IMG/VR virus record: IMGVR_UViG_3300048625_000523
Coordinates: 1 to 56,098 of that record
DNA: 56,098 bases
Origin: a virus
Taxonomy: Duplodnaviria; Caudoviricetes
Strand: one strand, 5' to 3'
Shown piece after piece: positions 9,347 through 17,631 of this stretch (positions within the stretch are counted from its first letter, which is position 1; the number at the start of each line of letters is the position of its first letter). Both the position numbers and the translations under genes were made by a program. Below the pieces are notes generated by a model. That model searched no databases, was not told the DNA's origin, and was given only the letters and a program-made list of their open reading frames with translations.

Positions 9347-10825
9347 TTATTCTAGAAGTGGCAAGGTCTTAGCACGACGTTTCTGAAGTGCTGTGAAAAA
9401 ATCTCGCTGCTCTCGGTCTCTTCGACGCACACACCAACGCACAGCCTCTTCCACGGTGTCCTTCGCAACAAGCATGTAGCAGTGCAAGTGCTTGGCCTCA
9501 TTGCCTTGTCGCCGCAGGCGTCGATTCAATTGGTCTGTCAGCTCAAAGTCTGGGGTCATTGTGAACCACAACAAGTGCGACGCGTGAGACTTCTGCATGT
9601 TCAACCCATGCCCTGCAGATTGTGGATGCACCCACAACCACTGCAATTCTCCTGCGTTCCACAACCGTTCCAACTCCAGAGAACGTTTGGTGCTCACCCC
9701 ACCACCAATGTAAGGCACATTGTCTTTGCCGAAGTATTCTTGTGCTCGCATTAAGTCGTGTGTGAAATTGTAAGCCACAAGCAGTTGTTGCCCTTGCAAC
9801 TCTTCGAGGAGTTCTTCAACCAATACCAGCTTCTCTTTGTGCACTTCTATGTATTCACGTGCTGTGCGCTTGCGAGCTGTTGGTAGCAAGGCTGCAACTT
9901 CGTCGTCTGCATCTGTTACAAACACTGCACCACTCGCAACTTGGCGCAATTTCATGGACTTCACACCACTGTTTGCAGCAGACACAACTTTGTCGTCTAT
10001 CTCCGCGAAAAGTTGATCTTCCAATTTGTCATAGATTCTGCGAGCCTCTGGCGGGAGTTCAAACGACAGGATGTGGTCTAGTTGTTGTGGCAAGTCCAGA
10101 TAGTCGTCTGCGTTCATGCGCAACGCAAGTGGTCGCACCCGCTCGTAAATGTGTTGTTCTGCCCCGTCTTTCAGAACCCATACATGCTCATTAATGTTGG
10201 AGAAGTACGAGAATCTGAAGTACGTTATGTACTTGCCCAAGGCCTTGCCCATGTCCAACATGTAGCATTGCCCAAACAACCCCATCAACCCATTAGCGGC
10301 AGGGGAACCTGTCAAACCCCATCGGTGTTGAAATTTTACAAGCAACGGCTTCAATAGTTTGTAACGGTCTGTGTTCGGGTGTTTGAATTTTGACAATTCG
10401 TCGATTATCAGCGTGTCAATTTTACCCTGCTTCAAAAGCCTTTGCAAATGGCCTTTAGACACCAACCACTTCAACCCCTCAGGATTTATCACATACACAT
10501 CAGCCTCTTCTTGTACTGTCGCCTCTTTGTGCGGCCCGTGCAACACCACAACTTTGATGCCATGGAAGTCTGTCCATTCTTGCTGTTCAGCAGGCCATAC
10601 GCTGCGGGCTGGGCGCAGCGGTGCGACAACCAGAGCTCCTTTGAAAGAGTCATGCTTCTTTTTCAGTGCAATGGCAGCGTAGGTGATGCTTGTCTTGCCC
10701 AACCCTGGGTCAAGGAACAGCGCGGCTTCGTCGTGCTCGAGTAGAAACTTCACAGCTCTTTTCTGGTAGGCGTGCGGTGTCCAACGCTTGCTGGATTGTT
10801 TGGATTGCCACTTCTTTGTTGTCAT
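9347..10825 (-). CDS. SNF2-like superfamily 2 helicase
   Basis: PHAYQ, LDPGLGKT, IIDELS, GLTGSP, SAGHGLNMQ, RLRRQG. Start codon uncertain. Confidence 0.9.
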   Translation of the reverse strand: MTTKKWQSKQSSKRWTPHAYQKRAVKFLLEHDEAALFLDPGLGKTSITYAAIALKKKHDSFKGALVVAPLRPARSVWPAEQQEWTDFHGIKVVVLHGPHKEATVQEEADVYVINPEGLKWLVSKGHLQRLLKQGKIDTLIIDELSKFKHPNTDRYKLLKPLLVKFQHRWGLTGSPAANGLMGLFGQCYMLDMGKALGKYITYFRFSYFSNINEHVWVLKDGAEQHIYERVRPLALRMNADDYLDLPQQLDHILSFELPPEARRIYDKLEDQLFAEIDDKVVSAANSGVKSMKLRQVASGAVFVTDADDEVAALLPTARKRTAREYIEVHKEKLVLVEELLEELQGQQLLVAYNFTHDLMRAQEYFGKDNVPYIGGGVSTKRSLELERLWNAGELQWLWVHPQSAGHGLNMQKSHASHLLWFTMTPDFELTDQLNRRLRRQGNEAKHLHCYMLVAKDTVEEAVRWCVRRRDREQRDFFTALQKRRAKTLPLLE

Positions 10826-11063
10826 ACACATAAACCTCATACCCAAGTTTCTGCAGTGCTCTGTGCACAAGCTTCTGGCGCTCTGTGGGCTCTCCCCCAG
10901 GCCGTTTGAATTCTATGAACACAGCCTTGCCTTGTGGCAGAAAGAATACTCTGTCCGGCCATCCAACGTTGCCCGACACGTTCAATTTTAGAGAGATTAC
11001 ACCCTGCAGCGCAGCCCACCGCACCACAGGATCTTCAACATCTCTTTTCTCTAATATTGACAT
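10710..11063 (-). CDS. VRR-NUC domain nuclease
   Basis: GWPDR...FIEFKRPGG...Q motif. Confidence 0.88.
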   Translation of the reverse strand: MSILEKRDVEDPVVRWAALQGVISLKLNVSGNVGWPDRVFFLPQGKAVFIEFKRPGGEPTERQKLVHRALQKLGYEVYVYDNKEVAIQTIQQALDTARLPEKSCEVSTRARRSRAVP

Positions 11064-11767
11064 GGACCACCATTGGACTTGCGAAAGTGGCACCACCGGC
11101 ACTTGGCGTTCGGCGTAGGGTCGAACCGCGTATCTGCCAACATCTTTTTAGTCTTCTTCAACCACAGCTTCTTCAACTTATCAAGGTCTGCACGCTCATA
11201 GATGAGAGGGTCTTCGTCCACAGGGGGAAAGATTGTGCCTTCGTCCAAATATCGCAACATGGGCTTTACTCGTTGCGCTTCACGTACAAGAATGAGCCCT
11301 GCCAGCGCATACAACTGCAACTGTTCTACGTATGCAGCTTCGTCATCTGGTCGTTGCTTACCTGTCTTGTGATCCACCACAACCAACGTACCACACTCTG
11401 TGAATTCTGCGTAGTCCAATTTCACCCGCAACCAAGCCTCAGCCCAATCATTCCATTGCGTCTCTGTCCAGTCGGCTTTGAGCGTCCAACTGTCTTCCAC
11501 AAACACAGGCCACTGCTTGCTCTTATAAAGCTTAGCCTCGCGGGTGAAGTCTTCTTTGAAGGCATTCAATTCTGGGGGCAACTTCTTCAAAACACCTTTG
11601 ACAAAGTCTTCTGCCAATTTGTGTATTGCGGTGCCTCGCTCCATGGCAGCATTGGAAGGTTCCTTCAACTTGTCCACATGCTTGAACTTTGCTTTCGCAG
11701 GGCATTGAACGTAGTCTCTATACCTCGAGAATGACCAACTGGTAATTTTGACTTGTTTGTATGCCAT
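11051..11767 (-). CDS. PD-(D/E)XK Cas4/RecB-like exonuclease
   Basis: WSFSR..YVQCP, RGTAIH, KLD, VDHKTGK, QLQLYA, C-terminal CRWCHF...C. Confidence 0.88.
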   Translation of the reverse strand: MAYKQVKITSWSFSRYRDYVQCPAKAKFKHVDKLKEPSNAAMERGTAIHKLAEDFVKGVLKKLPPELNAFKEDFTREAKLYKSKQWPVFVEDSWTLKADWTETQWNDWAEAWLRVKLDYAEFTECGTLVVVDHKTGKQRPDDEAAYVEQLQLYALAGLILVREAQRVKPMLRYLDEGTIFPPVDEDPLIYERADLDKLKKLWLKKTKKMLADTRFDPTPNAKCRWCHFRKSNGGPCQY

Positions 11768-11768
11768 A

Positions 11769-13667
11769 TCAACTCCACGCAGATAGATTGGGTTCCGGCT
11801 CTTTCAATTCTTCGAGCTCTGACCATCTTGCACCAACTTCGCCTTCCGACAACATTGGCACGTCAAATTCAACGGACATCATGATGTCGCGCAATCGCAA
11901 CATTTCACGCTTCAAAGCTTTTTTCGGGGCGCTGATATCAATTTCATCATGCACTGTCAGCATGAATCGGGCGTCCCCGTACCCTGCTTCATAGTACCGA
12001 CAAAGAGCTTCTTTGGTGCAGTCTGCTGCCGTACCTTGAATCAAGTAATTCAGCAACTTGTATTCAAATGTTTGGATTCCTCCGTTGTCGAGCTTGCGAG
12101 GCGGTTCGCAAAAATACTGTCTCCCACCCCATGTACGGATTGATTGTCCACTGCGACCTCTGAACTTGAGCGCATCCTCCAATGTCTTCACTCCTGGCAG
12201 CACACCTTGTTGTGCCCGCTTTATGCCGCGAGCTTCTTCCACGGTGCGTTGAATGCGTTCTGCCAGGGTGCCCAACCCCATCCCGTACAACATGCCAAAG
12301 TTGATCGTCTTCACGGATCCTCTGTCCAATGCCAAGCCCAATCCTGCTAACCGTTCTCGCACATATTGGTGTACATCCAGCCACGGGTTTTCCAAGAATG
12401 CTTGCAGCAGTGCTCCGTCTTCGAAGTGGGCCAGAATGCGGATTTCTTGTGAAGAATAGTCTCTGCGACCGATCAAGTGGGTGGGTTTGTCAGCCAGCAC
12501 ATACTTGCGTATGAGCGGCAAATGTTCAAGATTCTTTATGAACGTGGGGTGCTCCCAACCATCTTGCTTTTCCTCCATGTCTTTGGGGATGTTCTGGAAG
12601 TTCGGCGAACTTTGCAGTCGATTGCTTCGAGCCCCACCTTCGTCGGATCCAGAACTTCCGCGCATTTGTCTCCAGTGAGTGTGTATCAATCCGCCGGTGT
12701 TCTCTGCTTGTTCAAGCCAAGGCCTCATGAATGTGCGGATGAATGTAGTGAGACGTGCTCTATACCCCAAAGCCAACCACAGCTCTTGATCTGCAAACTG
12801 GTGCTTCTTTGTTGTCTTCTTGCTCAGAGACTTATTGCCCTTCTCTGTCAGAGACCAATCGCTCACAGACCCTGCGTCGTCCAGAGCTGAGACCATTTTG
12901 CGTGGGCTGTCGAAGTCAAGTTCTGCAACCCCCAACCGCTTCAACATCCACTGTTCCACACGTTGCTGCGCTGCTTCGTACTTTGGCAATTCAGCTTGCA
13001 ACAGAGGCAAATCCACTCGAATGCCTTCCGCTTCATTGCGACGCAACATCGGCAACAATCGTTGCTCGCGTCTGTAGGCCTCCCACATGCCGCGCTCTCG
13101 GATGCTTGGGGCCAGGTGCTTGAACAACTTAATTGTACGCTCCACGTCGCCATTGGCGTACGGAGCCACAATATTCCCAGGCACCTTGCTAATGAATTCC
13201 CCAACATCCTTGCGAGACCGTGGAACCACGTTATGAACCCACAACCATTCACGCATGGTGTCTCGTTCATCGGGGGGCAACCCAAGTAGTCGTTCTGCCG
13301 ACGGTTTCAGCTCTAGGCTGAAGGCATGCGGGTTATCTAGCGCAAGCAAAAACATTGTGTCGTGACACTTGTCTTCCGGCGGAGCAACAGCTCCGCAGTG
13401 CGCTTCAGCCACATCTAGGTCGAATGACCCGTGGTGACAAACCAACCCGAGAGTGCAAGCTTCTTTCAAAGCTTCACGCACATGCCGCTTACCGTCTTCT
13501 TCAGAACAGTTGTTGCCCCCCGAAGAGTGCCCCCAAGCAAAGTACTTGGGGGTTCGCCAACTTGGCATTTTGATGCTGACCCCAACAGGTTTGGGCGGGT
13601 AGTCAGGCCGCTTCCTGATAGGTTCAGTTTCAAAGTCCAAGCCGATGGGATTGTCGAGACGCGACAT
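11769..13667 (-). CDS. polA: DNA polymerase family A with 3'-5' exonuclease domain
   Basis: ExoI LDFETE, PNFQNIP, motif A DYSSQEIR, motif B KTINFGMLYG, motif C VHDEI. Confidence 0.95.
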   Translation of the reverse strand: MSRLDNPIGLDFETEPIRKRPDYPPKPVGVSIKMPSWRTPKYFAWGHSSGGNNCSEEDGKRHVREALKEACTLGLVCHHGSFDLDVAEAHCGAVAPPEDKCHDTMFLLALDNPHAFSLELKPSAERLLGLPPDERDTMREWLWVHNVVPRSRKDVGEFISKVPGNIVAPYANGDVERTIKLFKHLAPSIRERGMWEAYRREQRLLPMLRRNEAEGIRVDLPLLQAELPKYEAAQQRVEQWMLKRLGVAELDFDSPRKMVSALDDAGSVSDWSLTEKGNKSLSKKTTKKHQFADQELWLALGYRARLTTFIRTFMRPWLEQAENTGGLIHTHWRQMRGSSGSDEGGARSNRLQSSPNFQNIPKDMEEKQDGWEHPTFIKNLEHLPLIRKYVLADKPTHLIGRRDYSSQEIRILAHFEDGALLQAFLENPWLDVHQYVRERLAGLGLALDRGSVKTINFGMLYGMGLGTLAERIQRTVEEARGIKRAQQGVLPGVKTLEDALKFRGRSGQSIRTWGGRQYFCEPPRKLDNGGIQTFEYKLLNYLIQGTAADCTKEALCRYYEAGYGDARFMLTVHDEIDISAPKKALKREMLRLRDIMMSVEFDVPMLSEGEVGARWSELEELKEPEPNLSAWS

Positions 13668-14518
13668 CAGAATTTGCTGCGAGCAGGCTTGGTCGGAGTG
13701 CGAACACCTGCCGGTGCAGGTTTAGCTGTTGCAGCTGCAGCCTTGCGGGACACGGGGCCGCGTACAGGCTTGACAGGAATCACTTCCTCAGGCTGTTGGT
13801 ACGGCTGTTGCAACTGCGGGGCAACTTCTGCAATCTTCTTTTTCAACCCTTCATACAACTCCTGATTCAGCTCAACCATGCCAGCAGCGGAGAACACAAT
13901 CTTGAATTGCGTGTTCGCATCCGGCAGAAGCTTGATCTTCGTGCGCACAGCCCAAGCAGGTCGCTGCAATTCTTCTGCGCATACTTGCTTGACGTACTTA
14001 GACCAGAACTTTGCGCTCGTCACAGACACCGACAACACTCGCACTTCGGCTTCCGACAAAGTTTCTGCAGATTCCACGTCATCCACCGACACAACTGCCA
14101 ACTTGCGAACATTCTTGCAAGCTTTGCCGCGACCAGTTTCCGAAGATCCCATGACATTGTTGGGGCAAGTCGCACAAGTATCACTCTGCGGATCTGATGA
14201 TTCTTCGTGCGGTACCATCGTGTCCTGCGGGTTTTCTGCTTCTGTGTCGCCAAAAGCATAGCACGCAGGAACCTGTGGCGTGTTCGGATCGTATCGACCA
14301 GTGTAGAACAGATTTTCGTGGGCCGCTACAAGCACCACACACTCCAGTTCGTTGTTCTCCAGCGGCACGTCGTCGATCGCAAGAATACCCCCTTTGGTTG
14401 AGATTTTCTTCGTCGTGTTGTAAAGCTGTTCCGTATTGGCCTGACGTTTCGCAGCTTCTGCGAGTTCTTCGTCCCAATTGACCAACGCGGTAGTTTTCGA
14501 CTTCTTTGCTGTTGCCAT
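13667..14518 (-). CDS. Putative ssDNA-binding/annealing replication protein
   Basis: Immediately upstream of pol. CATCPNN.MGS...GKACKN motif is typical of phage replication modules. Confidence 0.55.
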   Translation of the reverse strand: MATAKKSKTTALVNWDEELAEAAKRQANTEQLYNTTKKISTKGGILAIDDVPLENNELECVVLVAAHENLFYTGRYDPNTPQVPACYAFGDTEAENPQDTMVPHEESSDPQSDTCATCPNNVMGSSETGRGKACKNVRKLAVVSVDDVESAETLSEAEVRVLSVSVTSAKFWSKYVKQVCAEELQRPAWAVRTKIKLLPDANTQFKIVFSAAGMVELNQELYEGLKKKIAEVAPQLQQPYQQPEEVIPVKPVRGPVSRKAAAATAKPAPAGVRTPTKPARSKF

Positions 14519-14519
14519 C

Positions 14520-15173
14520 TCAATTACTCCTAGTTGTTGCCAACCAACTCGGGGCTGCTTGGCGGGTGTACGTCCTTTCACGGACAGGAAGGTTTTGCAA
14601 CCAATTTCTGTAACTTTGCACTGCGTCTTCGAAACCATCTACGACAACAACCTTCACCCCCAATACAGGCGGCTCTGAATGCATTTCTGCCGCAGGTGGT
14701 TTGGTGGGGGTGAGTGACAATGCCTGCATCGCGTCTCGCGTGTAATGAGGCTTTTTGAATCTGATCAAATGTTCTTCAAGCAATTGCAGCCCATGTTCTG
14801 CCAACCACTCATAGTTCGCAGCAGTTTCGCGAACCCACACAGCTGCAGGACAGTGCGGGTGCCACAACCTGTAGATCGCAGCGGAACCAAGCCGCACTGT
14901 GAAGTAGTTCAACTCGTCTGGCAGCGAATCCTTGACAGAACCCCATTCATACACCAACATGTCTTGTTGGTCGTGATCCATGACCCATGCATTGCACAAC
15001 AACCTTGTTGTCTCTACCAAAGCTTGCTGCAACATATTGTCCGGCAAAGCTTTAGCTGCAGCCACAGGACAGTGGTCCAAATACCAGACTCTGAGCGCAG
15101 GTGGGGGGTTGTTTGCAATTGACACAGCGTCTCCAGCAGCCGCAATGATTCGCATCTCTTCAAACAGGTTCAT
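14520..15173 (-). CDS. Pyrimidine-dimer DNA glycosylase (DenV-family)-like protein, divergent
   Basis: WYLDHCPVAAA, LVETTRLL, HPHCPAAVWVRETAANYEWL, RFKKPH, DAVQSYR. Confidence 0.65.
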   Translation of the reverse strand: MNLFEEMRIIAAAGDAVSIANNPPPALRVWYLDHCPVAAAKALPDNMLQQALVETTRLLCNAWVMDHDQQDMLVYEWGSVKDSLPDELNYFTVRLGSAAIYRLWHPHCPAAVWVRETAANYEWLAEHGLQLLEEHLIRFKKPHYTRDAMQALSLTPTKPPAAEMHSEPPVLGVKVVVVDGFEDAVQSYRNWLQNLPVRERTYTRQAAPSWLATTRSN

Positions 15174-15574
15174 GACACTTTGCGCAGAGACACTTGCGGT
15201 ATAAGCATCTTCTCTACGCCCGGCACCTTGACATTGGAAGCCCACAATGCCTTGATAGATGCGTCACCCACTCGTCGTTGCAACAAACTCCACGCACCAG
15301 GATCCTTCTTGACAGACTTGACGATGTAGTCGTACAACGCATCCCAGTCGGTCACAGACACAACTTCTTTGGTTTCGATTGTTGCATTGGCAAACTTGCC
15401 TGTGATGCCAAGTGCTTGTGACTTGGGCAGATTCTGAATCAAGTGTTCGCGCAAAGAAGATTCTCGCGCCTCAAGTTCTTGCACCTGCTTAGACAGCGCC
15501 AGTCGTTCTTGGCGTGTGGTGTACAACAAATCGGCACACACAGCCAATTGCTTGGGAATTTTGAATTCAGCCAT
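15170..15574 (-). CDS. Conserved phage hypothetical protein
   Basis: Coiled coil followed by V.DWDALY.YI and LLQRRV. Strong SD. Confidence 0.7.
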   Translation of the reverse strand: MAEFKIPKQLAVCADLLYTTRQERLALSKQVQELEARESSLREHLIQNLPKSQALGITGKFANATIETKEVVSVTDWDALYDYIVKSVKKDPGAWSLLQRRVGDASIKALWASNVKVPGVEKMLIPQVSLRKVS

Positions 15575-15622
15575 TTTCAGCTCCTCTTAGACACTAGATA
15601 ACAATATGCTGCCAGAACAATT

Positions 15623-15651
15623 ATCTTACTTCTGACAGCGAGGTAAGACAA
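15623..15651 (-). promoter_or_regulatory. Sigma70-like promoter
   Basis: TTGTCT-N17-TAAGAT in an intergenic gap. Confidence 0.6.
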
Positions 15652-15654
15652 GTA

Positions 15655-16515
15655 CTACTTCTTGATCGTAAAACCTGCTGCTGCCGGGTGCCCACCACCT
15701 CCAAATTGTTCCGCAATCTTCGCGACATTCACTCCGCCACTGCGGCCTCGTAGTGAGTACTTGCGAGTGGTATTGTCTACATCATAGTAACTCACAGAGA
15801 ATGCTGACAGCGGGTACATGTCGAGCAGTGCATGACCCACTTCAGAAATTAGCTCCCCTGTGTTGCAATGCGGCACTCGATGCGCCCCCAGTTCGCACAT
15901 GTAGCTGCGCTGAAGAATGCGGTCAATCCGCATGGCGTCTTCTTTCAAGAACAAGGCCCCTGTACGTTCAAGAACCGGAGTGTCTGTCACAGCCCAATCA
16001 AAATATTCCAATGATTGTGGGGTTGCAAATAGCGCACGACACACTTCCTTTGTGAAGGGCAATTCAAACTTCCACAGGTCTCTGTCTTCGATGTGGTTGA
16101 TCAAAGCTGGCGCAGCGGTTTCGCGATGGAAGAACTTCCACGCCAACATAGCTCCTGAATGTCGAGGATCCAACTCAACCCACATTGCATCCAGAAGTTC
16201 TTGTGCTCGGGGCTCCAGCTTGCGGATTGCACTGTCGTGATGGTCTAACAATACCATCGCCCCTGCTCTTGCAGACATTGTCAGCAACGTGTCTGCGTCG
16301 AACGAAAAATCTACCACTGCAACCAAATCAGTGGGCAATATCGTCTCCAATGACGGCGCTTCTCCGTACGTGCAGGGCAACCCAACGTATTGAATATTGT
16401 TCTGCTTACACCAACGCACTGCAGCCCAGTACGCCCCGAAGCCGTCCAGACAATCTGCGTGGTAGTATATAACTGCACGAGTGATTTCACTTGTTGCCAG
16501 GCGTTGAATGCTCAT
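15655..16515 (-). CDS. DHH/DHHA1 phosphoesterase
   Basis: YHADCLDG, VDFS, LDHH, IEDRDLW, SLR, FGGGGHPAAAGF. Confidence 0.92.
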   Translation of the reverse strand: MSIQRLATSEITRAVIYYHADCLDGFGAYWAAVRWCKQNNIQYVGLPCTYGEAPSLETILPTDLVAVVDFSFDADTLLTMSARAGAMVLLDHHDSAIRKLEPRAQELLDAMWVELDPRHSGAMLAWKFFHRETAAPALINHIEDRDLWKFELPFTKEVCRALFATPQSLEYFDWAVTDTPVLERTGALFLKEDAMRIDRILQRSYMCELGAHRVPHCNTGELISEVGHALLDMYPLSAFSVSYYDVDNTTRKYSLRGRSGGVNVAKIAEQFGGGGHPAAAGFTIKK

Positions 16516-16901
16516 TTCTTAGACCCCTCAAACTTGGGTTGCTTGGATGCTGCGACCAATTCCAACAATTCTTTGGTGTACTTTTCACCCAAATTTGCAC
16601 GTTTCAAAAAATACTCCAAAGATTCCTGCAACCGAACAAGCCTGATGGCGGCAGGATGTTCCTGAGACACGCGCATGCTTTGCAAATGGGCTTCAAGTAT
16701 CTCAAGCACTTGGGCTTCCAACCCTTCCCACCATGCATCCGGCTTATCATCTATGTAACACCTCATCTGCAGTTTTCTGCTGGCCAGCGCAATCCGCCAA
16801 CTATCCCATGTCGACACATTGTCTCGCGATTCATGCTCTGTACAATACTTTGCAACGGAGAATACCAGGTTGTGAAAGTCAGTGGGTTGCATTTTCAACA
16901 C
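16512..16901 (-). CDS. Hypothetical protein
   Basis: SD GAGGAGG. Tightly packed with neighbours. Confidence 0.55.
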   Translation of the reverse strand: MLKMQPTDFHNLVFSVAKYCTEHESRDNVSTWDSWRIALASRKLQMRCYIDDKPDAWWEGLEAQVLEILEAHLQSMRVSQEHPAAIRLVRLQESLEYFLKRANLGEKYTKELLELVAASKQPKFEGSKK

Positions 16902-17115
16902 CTCCTCGTGCTACGATGTTGGCGATCTCTGTGGTCATGAATCTCGCAACCTCTGACACAAGACTTTGAACCTCCGTTGCATCCACACGGGCCATGCTCT
17001 CTGCAGCCTTCATCGCCAACTGCACTGCAGCGCCGAACACCACAAATGCAGGAGCCCCTTCACAATTCTGTTCAAACTTCGACAACAACTCTGCGCCATC
17101 TTCGACAATGTTCAT
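16879..17115 (-). CDS. Hypothetical protein
   Basis: SD GGAGGAG before MNIVEDG. Confidence 0.55.
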   Translation of the reverse strand: MNIVEDGAELLSKFEQNCEGAPAFVVFGAAVQLAMKAAESMARVDATEVQSLVSEVARFMTTEIANIVARGGVENATH

Positions 17116-17417
17116 TTCACAGCTCCTCCGCAAGAATCACAAGGCACTTCTACAGTTTTAAACCCTCGCTTACGCGAGAGCTTCCCCAATCCGCCACACA
17201 CAACACACACACTCTTCCACAATCCGCTGTGTGCGTCGTACAACTTACGCGCTGTCGGATCTAGCAACACGGCGCAAATTTGATTCACTTCGACCATCCT
17301 CTGCGCATCCCCATGATCTCGGTCTGGGTGTAATTGTCCTGCCAACACTTTGCGCCGTTGGCGAATCTCTTCCGAAGAGGCTGTCTCAGCCACTCCGAGT
17401 CGTTCGTAGTAATTCAT
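17112..17417 (-). CDS. J-domain (DnaJ-like) protein with Zn-finger
   Basis: MNYYERLGV...LHPDR...VLLDP..RKLYD, plus CVVCGGLG and CDSCGG. Confidence 0.85.
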   Translation of the reverse strand: MNYYERLGVAETASSEEIRQRRKVLAGQLHPDRDHGDAQRMVEVNQICAVLLDPTARKLYDAHSGLWKSVCVVCGGLGKLSRKRGFKTVEVPCDSCGGAVK

Positions 17418-17572
17418 AGCTCGCTCGCAAGAACCAACACCCACAGAGGCCACAACAACACACTGCGGACACCACCCCACAAGCTGATTCGATCTTCGAA
17501 CATAGCAGCTGCGATAAACGTCACGCAACAACCAACGTAGATGTAAATGACACTCCAAACAGGCCAAGGCAT
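17414..17572 (-). CDS. Small membrane protein, 52 aa (not in the ORF track)
   Basis: MPWPVWSVIYIYVGCCVTFIAAAMFEDRISLWGGVRSVLLWPLWVLVLASEL. SD GAGGAG. ATGA overlap with the J-domain gene. Confidence 0.65.
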   Translation of the reverse strand: MPWPVWSVIYIYVGCCVTFIAAAMFEDRISLWGGVRSVLLWPLWVLVLASEL

Positions 17573-17602
17573 TTTCAACTCCTCGATTTCAGACGGTACT
17601 TT

Positions 17603-17631
17603 ATCTTACTCCAACTTTACTGATTTGGCAA
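17603..17631 (-). promoter_or_regulatory. Sigma70-like promoter
   Basis: TTGCCA-N17-TAAGAT. Confidence 0.7.

Noticed and set aside
9321-9360. Sigma70 promoter for the modification operon
   Set aside because: Leader motifs are present, but I could not find a convincing -35/-10 pair.
11051-11767. Cas4 as part of a CRISPR-Cas system
   Set aside because: There are no other cas genes and no array. It is a common phage replication-module nuclease.
11769-13667. Intein or intron in the polymerase, helicase or terminase
   Set aside because: Lengths are ordinary, motifs are contiguous, and no splicing or homing-endonuclease motifs are visible.
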